From: Octopus vulgaris
Lineage: Eukaryota
Direction of reading: 5' to 3'
NCBI GenBank assembly: GCA_951406725.2
Contig: OX597826.1
Coordinates: 50,964,001 to 51,028,000 of the forward strand
Length of the DNA: 64,000 nt
The notes under the pieces were generated by a model. That model was not told the origin of the DNA. It ran no database searches and worked only from the letters and a program-made list of their open reading frames with translations. Every line of letters begins with the position of its first letter. Position 1 is the stretch's first letter. The position numbers and the translations under genes were made by a program. Of the stretch, positions 42,319-56,430 are shown in pieces.

Positions 42319-43425
42319 TCCTAGACATAGCCATTCAAGAATTTGGACCTGGAGATCTCCTTTCCAGTGACTTCGAGGGCCACCTCCCAGTGGTGTTGGG
42401 TGTTAACGAAGAGCCCTCGACTACAACAAGACGACCAAATTTTTTTTTTTTTTTCCAAGATCTGGGGTCTCCCGCTCATAAGCCCTAGACCATCACCTAA
42501 TCACTCTTACCCATCTTGTTGCTTAACAACATCCTAGACATACTGTGCCTGAAAAATACAAGACTGAATGGATGAGTTCAGATGTGCTGGGCTGAAATAC
42601 CTTTGATTGTAGGTCTTGCTCAGTTATTTCTAACCTGGGGATATATAACAACAACAACAACAACAACAGCAACAACAAAACAACAAATTGAAATGGATTA
42701 TGCAGAGTAACTCATAGATTATTTTGCAAAAGATTAATATTATGTGATTAGTGCCGGCAAGATAGACACATAAATGAAATATATTATTCAACTAATGATG
42801 CTTAAAGACATGTCTTTTTTTTTTTTGTTCTCTTTTTGTTCTTTTTTTTTTTTGTTATTTTATTGACATGAAATCTGATATTTCGGTATTTCTCTTGTCT
42901 TTAATTCTCGCTGGCAATAAGGTAATGCCTTCCAGATGTTTGTTTTTTCTCCTACTTCTGTTATTAAAATCGAAATGTCACTTGGTTTAATAGTCTAAAC
43001 AGTGAAAATTCACAAACGAAATGGCATTTATGAATCATTCCACGCTGCACATGTCTTTGCACTTAATTAGATTTTTGATTGAGAACGTGAGGTATGTTGC
43101 TACCGGAAGTTTTACTCTCTTATGTAAATCCAGTTATATATATATATATATATATCCATGCCAGTGGCACGTAAAAAGCACCATTCGAGCGTGATCATTA
43201 CCAGCGCTGCCTTACTGGCACTTATGCCAGTATGCAAGTGGCATTATTTAGATTATTTTAATGGTGAAATGAAGTAAGCAAAAGTAAATAATAATGCCTT
43301 ACAGCTGTTTCTTCAATTCCAGCCCCTATTATGAACTTGGATCCTTCTAGCTTATCAATTTGGAGCACTCAGACAGCATACCTATTAGTTTAGATCGCCA
43401 GTATACTAAACTCTTCCTATTCTAT

Positions 43426-43472
<47 letters not shown>

Positions 43473-43892
43473 CATGTGTGTGGTATTCTGGTAAGAAGTT
43501 TGCTGGCAAACCACATGGTTCCATGTTCAGTCCCAGTGTATGTGGTACCTTGGGCAAGTGTCTTCTACTAAAGCCTTTGGCTGACCAAAGCTTTGTGAGT
43601 AGATTTGGTAGATTGAAACTATATATGCATATATGTATATGTGTTACTGTCTCCTTGTGTTGATATTACATGATGGTTGTAAACAAATGTCACTGTCATA
43701 CAAGCAGTGTCTTCCTTTTCTTATCTTTTGAGACCTGTCCAACCCATGCAAACATGGAAAGTGGATGTTAAAATGATTATTCCATATTCTTCCCGAGTGT
43801 CAAACTAATACACCTGCTTATTGTTCCCTCACCTGTTTTTCTCTTGTTTTCTGTAAATTTGAACTATACACACACACACACACACACACATG

Positions 43893-43923
<31 letters not shown>

Positions 43924-45649
43924 CCTCTCTGCTTCCTCAACACTCCTTCTCATCTCCTCCCTGACCTACTTACACAACCTCCACACCTTTCTTTCCTTCA
44001 ATAACTCTCTCTCTCAGGATCCCTATCTACCTTAGTCTACCGTTCCCTTCCTGTTTCCTTTCCCTTATACTTTCTGTCCATACTACACCCCCCCCCGTCC
44101 TTTACTCTTCTCATCATCCCACATGCCGCTGTCTAGGATCACAGCTTTCTCTCTTCGCTTCCCTTGCTGTTTTGGGGGTCATATTAGGCCCTCAGCTTCT
44201 GCAAGTTACCTGGTGATCATCACAAGTGTTGGTGCCATGAAACAAAAAGCACCTAGTACACTCTGCAAAGTGAATGACATAAGGAAGGACACCCAGCTGT
44301 AAAACCCATGCAAAAAAAAAAAGACATTGATTATATAACATAGTCCTCCAGCACATCAGATCCTGCCAAAACAGTCCAACTCATGTTGGCATGGAAGCTG
44401 GCTGTTAAATGATGTTGATAATTACATGTTGTATAGTTGTCACTTGTACTCAGCAATACACACTAGTTTACTTACACTGTGCTCATGTTATTAAAGTATT
44501 AATTACAATGTACGTGATGATAAATTGCATCATCATCATCATCATTATCATCATCATCATGCTAATGATGATAATGATTATGTTTAAACACAATTCCATT
44601 TCAGGTAAACGAGTTACCATCTTCATCGTCATTGTTGTCATCATCATCGTCATCATCATCACATTCATTATCACACCTCATCACCATTATCACTGCTCCA
44701 CCTTACATTCATTCCATCTCTACTGTTGTCATCATCACCACTATCACCACTGCTACCACCACCACTATCACCACTGCTGTCTCTTTCATCATCATCATCA
44801 TAATGTTTTATTTCTTATTTCTTTATTGCCCACAAGGGGCTAAACATAGAGGGGACAAACAAAGACAGACAAAGGTTGAGTACATTTATTGGGGCAAATT
44901 TGGCTTACAGCTGTTCCCAGTCGTCATTATAGGTACATGACTGATTGGTTTATTCAAATTGGTCTATTGATCAGTTGAGAAAATTTTAATGACCTAAAAA
45001 AAAATTAATGCTAGTGGCTGTGTGGTAAGTAGCTTGCTTGCCAACCATATGGTTCCAGGTTCAGTCCCATTGTGTGGCACCTTGGGCAAGTGTCTTCTAC
45101 TATAGCCTTGGGTTGACCAAAGCCTTGTGAGTGGATTTGGTAGATGGAAACTCAAAGAAGCCCATTGTATATATGTATATATATGTGTGTGTGTATGTTT
45201 GTGTGTCTGTGTTTGTCCCTCTAGCATTGCTTGACAACTGATGCTGGTGTGTTTATGTCCCCGTCACGTAGCTGTTCGGCAAAAGAAATTGATAGAATAA
45301 GTACTGGGCTTACAAAGAATAAGTCCCGGGGTCGATTTGCTCGACTAAAGGCGGTGCTCCAGCATGGCCACAGTCAAATGACTGATACAAGTAAAAGAGT
45401 ACTTTTGTCAAAACCATTTCTGGTTATACACACACACACAGACATATATACTCTATGGAACATATGCAGTCTTGAACAGGAAACTCAGATTTACCCAGCC
45501 AGATAAGTTACCAGAACCTAACAACTTATTGTTTGCTTGGATACCATATAAGGACTGTTGTGGTTAATTGGCATTTGAAATCAGTTTGAGAAGAAACACA
45601 GTTACTGCCAGGACAATATATACCTTTAAGCTCATTTACACACACACAT

Positions 45650-45732
<83 letters not shown>

Positions 45733-46993
45733 TATATGTATATACAGGTGTGTTTTTGTATGCATGTGTGTGTATCTACTCAGCCACCAGGGATTCACAT
45801 TTCATTACTTTTAAGAATTGAACACTTCAAAATATTCCTTAATTATTTCTGTGAAAACTATTTATGAAAATATACCCTCAAAAGCATTTAAATAAATTTA
45901 AAAAAAGATATTTATTTTGCAATATTAAATTCTATTTTTCCTTTTCAATTTGATCCTCTTATTCATACTCTCTGTCGGAGAATTTCTGCTAGTAGCATCT
46001 TCAGCATTACCATGGCTTTCAGTTCTGTTCATAGTCAACGTGAATTTAGAATATTTGCTTTAGGAATGAGCAACTTGCTATTGTAAACTGCCTTGTTGCC
46101 GATATTGTTACATTGTTAAAGAGCACAGGTGGGTGTAGCTGCAATTACAGTCTGCAATCCAGATTTCTCTCTTTGCTTACAACTAAAAGTTGTTGAAGAA
46201 ATAATGTAATCTCTGACAGAGTCTGCGACTTGATTGCAAGGACAACATCTACTGTAAAGATTCTTCTGAGATCTTATAATTCCATTTCCATTTGATGGAA
46301 TTTATTAAACTGTTGTTGTTCTTGTTGTTTTAACTCCAAGTTGGTCCTGGTTAACCAAACATTTGCTCAAAGGTCTTCCAACCATGACTATCCAGTCGTT
46401 TCCTTTCTAATGCAATATATGTAGGCCTACATTACCCACTGTGCCTTTTTCTTTTTTTTTTTTCATACTTGGAAGAGTGTAAATTAAGAAAGATTTGGCT
46501 GCTATTTCTTGTGGGTTGATTGATCACCTCAAGAGTCATTCTGCCTGTTACTGGAAGTATAAAAATAAACATCAGGGAGGTGTATACCACAGAAGAAATA
46601 ATTAATATTACTGGCAGGATCCTTTATAGGAAAAATTTTATTTATATAACTGAAATTGTATCAACTTGAAATAGCCATCTATTTATCTTGCTACATGGAA
46701 GAATTATCATTTGTTATATAAAGACAGTTTTAAAACAAGAGTACTTTTGTGCACCATAGGTTTATATGAGAGGTCCTTTTGAGGTAAATAATGCTGTATT
46801 CTGTGTTCTAATACAACATCCATGTTCAGTTGGAGATCAAGATTGCCATTTCGTATTAATACTGCTTCTATCACTTATTTGTTAATGAGCTCACTAGCTT
46901 ATTAAAAAATAATAAACTAGTTCATTATTTTGATTAGAAAGGCAAAGTTTTCCTCAGCAGGACTTGAACTAAGACCATAAGTAATTGTAAGTA

Positions 46994-47285
46994 CCGTAAA
47001 TCTTCGAGTATAATCTGCATTTTTTTCCTAAAATTTAAAGGTCAAAATCCCTAGTGCATACTATATACGAGGTTAAAAATGAAAATTATTTTCTAAGTAA
47101 TGCTCGAGCCTATATTTGCTGTCCGGCAATGTTTATTCAGACGCATTTTGTGATGTTGGGTGCGAAAATACCTTAAGCTAAGCCTGAAAGCAATGAAGTC
47201 ATAAAAGAATCATCCATAACTTGCTGTAAGCAACATTTATTAAATGTTATTACTGTTATTTCTTTATTTTCTGCAGACATAATGC
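46994..47285. mobile_element. One end of a pogo/Tc2-like DNA transposon
   Basis: TA+ccgtaaatcttcgagtataa.. with internal tatatacgagg; no matching second end seen. Confidence 0.55.
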
Positions 47286-49106
47286 AGTAAGCTTGCTGCA
47301 TAATCACATGGTTCCAGGTTCAGTCTCACTGTATGGTACCTTGGGCAAGTGTCTTCTACTGTAACCTCAGGCCAACCAAAGCCTTGTGAGTGGATTTGGT
47401 AAATGGAAACTGAAAGAAGCCTGTCTTATATATATATATATATATACATATAGTTATGTGTGTGTCTGTGTTTGTCCCCCATCACCGCTTGACAACTGGT
47501 GTTGGTGTACATACCCCCCCATAACTTAGAGGTGCAACAAAAGAGACTGATAGAATAACTACCAGGCTCAAAAAAAAGTTTGATGAATGAAACAAGTAAA
47601 CGATAAAAGAAATCTTAGAGTAAATTAGGTTATGTCAGAGTTGAAATATGCAAAGGTCAACAGGCATTAACAACAACAACAACAACAACAACAACAGCAA
47701 TAATAACAACAATCATCATTACAGTCAATGGACCACTCCTGCACCGCTTAACACCATCGCAGCTTCCATCTGCACTTCCTGCCTCGGTTGATAACTTCCA
47801 TCACTACTACATCAAATCATGAGAGAGCATTCTGTTGGTCCCACCCCTTCCCCACTCCTCAAACTCTAACCGCTTCTCTTACTTTTCTCCTCTTACTACC
47901 ACTTATAGTTATGGCTCTATCAACACCAGACCTTTACACCAATATTATATCTGAACCACCAAACAACTCCACTCCAACTGCAGATAATGCAGTTCTAGAT
48001 GCAATTTGAATAAAGCTGATAGGATGGTCAAAGCTGGAATGCTTTTGATCATAGGTCGGCTGGATCATGGCTGACCTGGGTTTAACGACAATAACTATTA
48101 TTATCTTTTATTATTGTTTGGAGAATAAAGGCACATAGCATAGTGGGTAAGGTGCTAGGTTCACAATCTTGCTATCATGGGTTCAGTTCCTGGAACAGGC
48201 AGCACATTGTATCATTGAGCTAAAAAGTTCAAATCTTACTGAGGTCAGCTTTGTCTTTCGTCCTTCCAGTGTGTGAGTGGGGAGAGTTGCTGTCATCCAT
48301 ATATACAAGCTTGTCCTTTACAGGTGCTGGTTCCACATAAAATGCACTTATGGCTGTGCTGCATAAATGTACCTATGTTGGTGCCATGTTTGAAGCACCC
48401 AGCATATTCTGTAAAGTGGTTGGCATTAGGAAGGGCATCCGTTTGTAGAAACCATGCCACAACAGACAATTGGAACCTGACCAGCTCCCTGACTAGCCAG
48501 CTCCATGTCAAACCATCCAACCCATGCCAGCATGGAAAATAGATGTTAAATGATGATGAATCCTACAATATGTTTGGATGTAAATGAAATTATAATAGCA
48601 TCACAAGATACCAAAATATTCGTTAATTTGCTGTCTCTCTTTTCCCCATAATAGTGAGCTGTACCTTCACATAGTATCTATTTAAGATGTGAAGTGACTT
48701 GGCCATTGAGTGACAATCCAATTAAGACCACAACCCCTGGTTTCATAATATAAAACAAATAATTTTAAAGTGCTTGTATTCAAATTAAAACTTTTATAAT
48801 TTTAAATATGAATCTTTTAATTTCATTTGAAATAACAGCTTAAAAATTATTCCCAACAGAGACACAAAGCCTGGAATTTATGAAGGAAGGTCAAGTTAAT
48901 TATACCCTTGCCCCACTCCACCAGTACCTTTACTGGCACTTTATTTTATTGACCCTGGAAAGGTGAATTTGGCAACATCTGAACTTAGAACATAAAAGTC
49001 ATAACTAAACACTGCAACGCATTTTGTCCAAAGATCAATCTATTTTGCCAACTTACCATCCTGATATAATATTGTGAAAAATTTAGTCCAATACTTTAAG
49101 TATTTA

Positions 49107-49687
49107 GCCAGCCATGAACTACCAACATAATCCTTTTGTTGCCATGATTCTGTTGAAATAACACTCTTTGCTTTGGTTGATTTTGTAAATAATGAAGTAT
49201 TAAGTGAATTACATAGATTTATGTATGTGCATGTGTGTGTGTATGAATATTTACTTTCTGTTTGTCTTCTCATCATCATCATCATCATTTAGCGTCCGCT
49301 TTCCATGCTAGCATGGGTTGGACGGTTCAACTGGGATCTGGGAAGCCAGAAGGCTGCACCAGGCCCAGTCTGATCTGACATTGTTTCTACTGCTGGATGC
49401 CCTTCCTAACGCCAACCACTCCGTGAGTGTAGTGGATGCTTTTTATGTGCCACTGGCACAGGTGCCAGACGAGGCTGGCAATGGCCATGATCGGATGGTG
49501 CTTCGGCCAGCCATGAACTACCAACTTAATCCTTTTGTTGCCATATTTCTGTTGAAATACACTGTCTTTGCTTTGGTTAATTTTGTAAATAATGAAGTAT
49601 TAAGTGAATTACATAGATTTATGTATGTGCATCTGTGTGTGCATGTGTGTGTGTGTATGAATATTTACTTTCTGTTTGTCTTCTCAT
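49107..49687 (-). mobile_element. SINE (49274-49505) flanked by a ~170-bp direct duplication
   Basis: gccagccatgaactacc...tttgtcttctcat at 49107-49273 and 49506-49687. Confidence 0.9.
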
Positions 49688-51689
49688 TTGAATAAAAACA
49701 CTGATGCCATTTATACATCTCCTGTAGCTCAACAGTTTTGAATTTTGAAAACCACTGGAATAAATAAATCATTTGATTGATAAATAAGCTAGGGTTGGTG
49801 ACAACACTGCTTCAAAAAGTCTTCATCTAATCCATGCCAACATGAAAAATGCAGGTGTGAAAAAAACAATGATGATGGTGGTTATAGCTGTAGAGAAAAA
49901 TGTTTTTGGCATCCAAGTTTGTATAAGAGTAGCTTAACAAGAGCAGCATCCTATGGCAGTCTAGCTTTGAAGTTATGTAACTTTTTATGGTTTTATTCAG
50001 CTTTCAGTGAATCTATGTGATAACCTACACATCTTGCTATAAAACATGAATGAACGCTACCTCCAGCTAATACAGTCATATTCCATAGAGTTTATCTGAG
50101 ATTAGATTTAATCTTACTAAACATATATTTATGTTTCCAAAGACTTCTTAAATTGTGCATATTTGGCTGCATTTGAGATTGTGCAAGAGAAAAGGTATTA
50201 AATAACAACTGTACAACAGCAATAATATATTCCTTGTGGGAATCACCTCTACCCTCGACTAAAAATTATTATATATATCTGCCATATTGGAAGCTGAATT
50301 TAGAAAATTTACTTTTCATCTTTGGTCTGGAATTGTTCCAGTTGTGTGCAGTTTCTTCAGATGCATTCAGTATTCTCCTTTTGATATGCAATAAACTTTT
50401 TCTTCCTCAACATTGACTTAAGCTGTGTTGTTAATTAGTTTTGTGTCATTGACCAAGAGGTTATGGATTGAAACCATTCTAAAAGCTGTTGTGTTGTGAT
50501 CTTTAGGATTTTTGTGAAATCTAATTGAAAATAATACCCTTTGTTTACTTTAGAGCTATGTGGTTTATATTAAGAATTAGATTCTAGGTAGATTTAAAGT
50601 TTTGGCTCCAAATGTATAAACAGCTTGTAGTATAGCTAACATCTGTAAATACAGTTATATACTACACTCTTGGAGTGGTTGGCATTAGGAAGGGCATCCA
50701 TCTGTAGAAAGCAAGCCAAACCACACTGGAGCCTGGTACAGCTCTCCTGCTTACTGGTTCCAGTCAACCATCTAATCTATGCCAGTGAGGAAAACGGATA
50801 CTGAATAACGATGAAGATATGTAAGAATGGCTGTGTGATTGAGTAGTCTGTTCCCTTAGTGCATGGTTTCAGGTTCAGTCCCACTGTGTGACACCTTGGG
50901 TAGATGTCTTCTACAATAATCTTGGGCCAAAGCCTAGTGAGTAGATTTGGTTGAGGGGAAACTGAAAGAAGCATGTTGTACATGTATGTATGTCTTTGTT
51001 CTGACATCACATAATGGTTGTGAGTGTCAACCATCATACGAACCGTGCCCTTCATACTAAACTCCTAAACTTCATTGGATCCAAACCTCACCAGTTGGAG
51101 CAGGATCACTGTTTGTGGATTAGCTGCCAATAGTGATGCCATTATTGTAGCTTAGCAGTGAGCTGGCAGAATTGTTAGCATGCCGGGCAAAATGCTTAGT
51201 GGCATTTCATTCATGTTCACGTTCTGAGTCCAAATTCCACCGAGGTCCACTTTGCCTTTCATCCTTTTGGGGTCAAAACAATAAGTACCAGTTAAGCACT
51301 GGGGTTGATGTAATTGACTTACTTCCTGCCCCGAAATTGCTGGCCTTGTGCCAAAATTTGAAACCAGTATTTGTAGCTTAGTGCAAATTGTAAATATTTG
51401 CTATGCAAGCAGATCTTGTGTAGTGAGAAACTCCGCAGTGTTCATCAACAGAGCCATGAATATTGGGGGGTTGAGGTATGTGGGGAAACTGTTGGGTTTC
51501 AGATGAGGACAAACTGTGCCACTATGGTGCAATATGGATGTGAAACCAGTGATTATGAGGTTGTTATGATGATGATGATGATGATGATGATGGTGGAGGT
51601 GCAGATGATAATGTTGATTGTGGCTGTGTTTTAGATTTTATTCTAAGGGCTGTTAAGAAATGCAATGTTTGCTGGAATATTTATGAAGC

Positions 51690-51739
<50 letters not shown>

Positions 51740-54019
51740 CACACATACACACACGCACACACATGCACACGCACACACACACACAGATACCCTGCCACAT
51801 GAAATGAGCTCAAATTATTTAGATTGTTTTGGTTTTGTTGGAATTCTAAACCAGGAACATAAAAAGACGAAAAAGATGGAAAGATTAAAGTTCTTTTGAA
51901 GTTGTTGTTACCATATTTCTATTTGAAATAACACTGCTTTTGTTTCAATTAAGTCTGAAAATAATGAAGAATTTTGTAAAATATCTTCGTCATTATTAAG
52001 CTGCTGTTTAGAATATAAATTAATGCGAAATTTTGGTGGAAGATTTTCATATTGCTCATTTTAAAACAGGAAGTTTGTCTCAAAGAACCAGGGTTGGTTT
52101 TTGCTAGTTTGGTATCAAAAGGGTTAAGTACAGGTCACTCTTAATAAAACTGACCTATTAAGCAAAAGGATGTTCCAGCCATGATCATTCCACATTATTT
52201 TTCAGGTTTAGTATATAGCTCCTTGGATAAATGTCTTCTACCATAACCCCCAACAGATCAAAGCCATGTGAGTTGAATTAATAGATGAAAACTGAAAGAA
52301 ACCTGTTGTATGTATGTATGGATGGATGGATGTATGGATGGCTGGATGGATGCATGCATATGAATAAATGAGACACAGACACAATTGTGTGGTAAAAGGT
52401 TTGCCACATGGTTCCAGATTTGGTCCTACTGCATGGCACATTGACAGTGTCTTGTACTATAGCTCTGGGCTGACCAAAGCTTTGTGAATGGATTTAGTTG
52501 ATGGAAACTAAGAGAAGCTTGTCATATTCATTATGTATGTATCCGTGTGTGAGTATATTTGCCTTTGTGTTTGTTCCCCCACCACTGCTTTACAACCATT
52601 GTTGGTTTGTTTACATCCCAGTAACTTAGTGGTTTGGCAAAAAGAGAATGATAGAATAAGTGCCAGTCTGAGAGAAAAAAAGTACTGGGGTTGATTTATT
52701 TAACTAAGCCCTTCAAGGTAGTGCCCCAGTATGGCCACAGTTCAGTGACTGAAATAAATAAAAGATATAATATATGTTTTAAGGTGAGTAGGAAGGTGAC
52801 ATTATGTAAAAGATGTTATCCTCATTCAAGCAAGATCTTTCATTTTCAAACTTCTTTGAAAATCTGTCCAGCCATAGGGAAACATTGTCTTAATTAGAAA
52901 TAGATGAGGGTTGGCATCAGGAAGAGCATCTGGCCTGCCTCAAATAATTCCATCTGACCCATGCCAGCATGGAAAAGTGGACATTAAAACAATGATGATG
53001 ATGAATATATGGTGTAGTAACTGAATATGTCTCTCTCTTTTAAGATGGTAATGGTGTGATTTGAGTACTATTTGACTGCTGTTTCTTGCAAATCATGTAA
53101 CTACATAGAAACTGTCTCTGGTTGGTTCCTTCTACAGATGTTTGTTGAAAACTGTCCTATTTCAGACACAGCTGCCTCCTTTCTGTTTTTTTTTCCTCCC
53201 TGCATGGTGCTCTATCATAAATCAATACCGCTAGGCAAACATTGATATCTTTTCAGCTGATTATTTATCAACACATTAAACAGTCTTGTCTTACCTACAT
53301 CACACTGGACATGTTAAAACAATAATTAAAAAACAAAGAAGTTTTATACTTTTCGGGCTTTCTTTCTCTCTTTAGTTGGAAGTCTTTTGATTATATTTTT
53401 TATGTAATGATCATTTCTAACACGGCTGTGTGTATAAAAACTTGTTTCCTAATCATACGGCCTTGCGCTTAGGTCCCACTATATGACACCTTGGGAAAGT
53501 GTCTTCTACTATCGCTCCAAGTCAAGCTAAGTCTTGTAACAGGATCTAGCTGACAAAAACTGAAAGAAGCCTGTTGTGTGTATGCATGTGTGTGTATGTG
53601 TGTGTGTGTGTGTGTGTGTAAACCCTTGTCCAGACATGTAATAGTTGCAAATAAGCTTCGTTTGTGTCTTCTGCAAAAAAGCATATCTGGTCATGGAGAA
53701 TTATTATCTTTCTTTGAAGTAGGTTAAGGGTTGGTGACAGGAAGGGCATCTGTCTCAATGAATTCTCTCTGACTTCTGCAAGCATCAAAAAGTGAACATT
53801 AAATGTTTGATGTTGATGGGGATATATATATATGAGCAAAACGCCCCACCCCCTGGTCCAATGGACAGTGCTGAGTTGTCAAACATTTGAACCAAATTTT
53901 CTTGGCTGTCCCATAGGCCTCCCCTTTGAGAAACACTGATTTAACCTAAATTTGAGACACCAGCAAAAGACAGATTTTGACTGATGTACTTGTGCGTACA
54001 AATGCAGTTTCCAAGGCTT

Positions 54020-54185
54020 TATTGATCGCATTCTCACCTGGAATCGACTTTTGTAATTTTTTCAAGACTTATACATGCCCTGATACCATCGGTATCGGTA
54101 TCTACATATCAAATTTGAGCGCAACCGGATGGTGGATACCCGAGATCCTAGAAGACACACACAGACAGAACGGATTTTATATAAT
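54020..54185 (-). mobile_element. Non-autonomous Helitron-like 5' fragment
   Basis: Minus strand tatataaaatccgttctgtctgtgtgtgtc.. resembles the start of 4960-5367. Confidence 0.4.
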
Positions 54186-54191
54186 ATATAC

Positions 54192-54223
<32 letters not shown>

Positions 54224-55078
54224 ATGTGTGTGTGTATGTGTCACCCTTTCCCAACTGCTTGACAACCAGTGTTGGTTTGTTTATGTCCCCGTAGCTTAGC
54301 AGTTCAATGAGACTAACAGACTTAGTACCAGACTTAAAATAAATATTGGAGTTGTTCTGTTCGACAAACCTCACACGGCAGTGCCCCAGCATGGTCACAG
54401 TTCAATAACTGAAAAGTAAAAGATTATAGACACAAGCACACATACCTGGTGTGTAGGGGAACAGTCAATTAAATTTGACTCTAGTATTTGAATGGTACTT
54501 TATTTTATTGACCCCAAGAGGATGTTAAACAAACTTGACTTTGGTAGGATTTGATCTAAGAATGTAAAGAACTGGAAGCAATAATACAAGGTGATACCAC
54601 TGATCCACAATCATGAATCTAGTTGAAGCAAATTTTGAAGTAGTGGGGGTTTTAGTTGATTATATTGATTCCCTCACTTGACTGGTATTTATTTTATTGA
54701 CCCCAGAGGGTTGAAAAGGCGAAGTTGACTTTGAGGGGGCAGGGGTGAGATTTGAACTCAGAATGTAATGAGCCAAAAGAAATCCTGTAAGGTAGTTTAT
54801 CTGATGCTCTGCCAATTCTATAAAAACCTTTTGTTATAATTATTGAGATATGTTTGAGGTTATTTAGTTTTTTGGTGGTGGTGGTGGTGGTAGTGATGGG
54901 GTTGTTTAATTTTTTTTTAATGCTCTCAGTTTTTTTTTTGTTGTTTTTCTTGTTTGATTTTCTCTTTCAATATGTGATGTGATATTGCATTAATGTCGCA
55001 GTGGTGCAATTTTATTGAAATTCGCAAGTTATGTTAACAGAACTGGTGTCTACTGTACAATTTGTTGCACACACACAC

Positions 55079-55110
<32 letters not shown>

Positions 55111-55688
55111 TTAAAATGACTTTATTAGCTTTTTCTGTTGGCACAGCTTTCTAAGTAAGTCATCATCATCATCAGCAGCAGCAGTATCGTCATTATCATA
55201 ATCATCACCATTGCCATCAGTGACAGCATTATAAACATTACAGTCCTTTTTCCTTGTTCTCACTGCAACCATTGCTTTACAACCATGTGGTTTTGGGTTC
55301 ACTCCCTCTGTGCAGCATCTTGGGCAGGTGTCTTCTATAACCCTGAATTGACCAATGTTTTGTGAGTGAATTTGGGAGACAGAAGTATAGACTTCTTTTC
55401 CAGTTCTTTAGATTCTGAGTTCAAATCCCACCAAGGCCTACATGGGTGGTAGATTTAATTCATTGCTTGCTTTAATACTACAACCTAGTACTTTGGTTCC
55501 TCTGGCAGAGTTCACTCTGTTACAAACATTCAGGCTAGGCCACCAGTTTGTGGATATCTTCCATCCTTCATTCTACCATTCTTAAAGCCTGATGATTACG
55601 TAGTACTTGCAGATTTCTGGAAGCCAGATAAGAAATCCTTTACTGTACCAGTTTTTTGTAGTATTTATGTTTATTCCATCCTCATTAT

Positions 55689-56152
55689 GTGGATTGTGTC
55701 GTTCATGAGAAGAGACTCAACAGAGCGCAGTGTGGTAGCTGCTCTACTAAGCACGTCACTCCGAACGGCAAGTCGAGTCGTATGCAAGTGATCCTTTCCG
55801 TCTCGATCTCTTTGAACAAGTCGGGGCGGTACGTCAATGATGAATGCGCGGATGCTGCCACTGCCCGCTTCCCAAAATGGCAGTTCCAGCGGCAACACTG
55901 CTGCTCCCCACGCGAACACGACGGGCGGACAGCGAACGCCGAGCTAAGGCATGCACCATGAGGTTGAGATGCGTTTGGAAAACAACTCGGGTCCGGCTAC
56001 GGTTCCGGCTTAGAGGTGTTCAGCCGTTATCGCTCAGAGGCAGCCTAGCACCACCGCTCTATCAATCGAGCACACAAACTGTTGCTCTGATCCCGCGGTT
56101 CCTCTCATACTAGACGGGATAGCCGTAGCCAAGTTGACATTGCTGGCACCCG
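55689..56152 (-). pseudogene. 28S rRNA 3'-terminal fragment, from just before the sarcin-ricin loop to the 3' end
   Basis: Reverse-complement matches to conserved LSU motifs: cggttcctctc(a)tact (SRL), cttagagg(t)gttcag and tcaacagagcgcag..agctgctct. GC/CpG-rich island; cattat at 55683-55688 and 56153-56158. Confidence 0.88.
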
Positions 56153-56159
56153 CATTATA

Positions 56160-56430
56160 GCATTCATGTTTGTTTATATCAGTTTTATTACTGTGTTTAT
56201 GTTAGAGTTATTATCATGCTTATGTTGTTTATACCAGCTTTATTATAATGTTTATGTTTATACCAGCTTTATTATAATGTTTATTTTTATACAAGCATTA
56301 TTATAGTGTTTATGTTGTTTATACCAGCTTTATCATTATGCCTATGTTTATACCAACTTTATTATGTTTATTTTTGTACCAGCTTTATTATAGTCTTTGT
56401 TTGTATAACAGTTTTATTATAGGCTTTGTT
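56160..56430. repeat. ~28-31-bp minisatellite (tataccagctttattataatgtttatgtt)
   Basis: Read directly; related units also at 55645-55688. Confidence 0.85.

Noticed and set aside
45010-45075. tRNA gene (also 51155-51245)
   Set aside because: These are tRNA-like SINE heads followed by SINE bodies; no clear cloverleaf.
55671-56113. Overlapping ORFs in a GC-rich island suggesting a foreign gene
   Set aside because: Explained by a 28S rRNA fragment on the minus strand.
55689-56152. Functional rDNA locus
   Set aside because: Only the 3' fragment is present and the invariant SRL is mutated.
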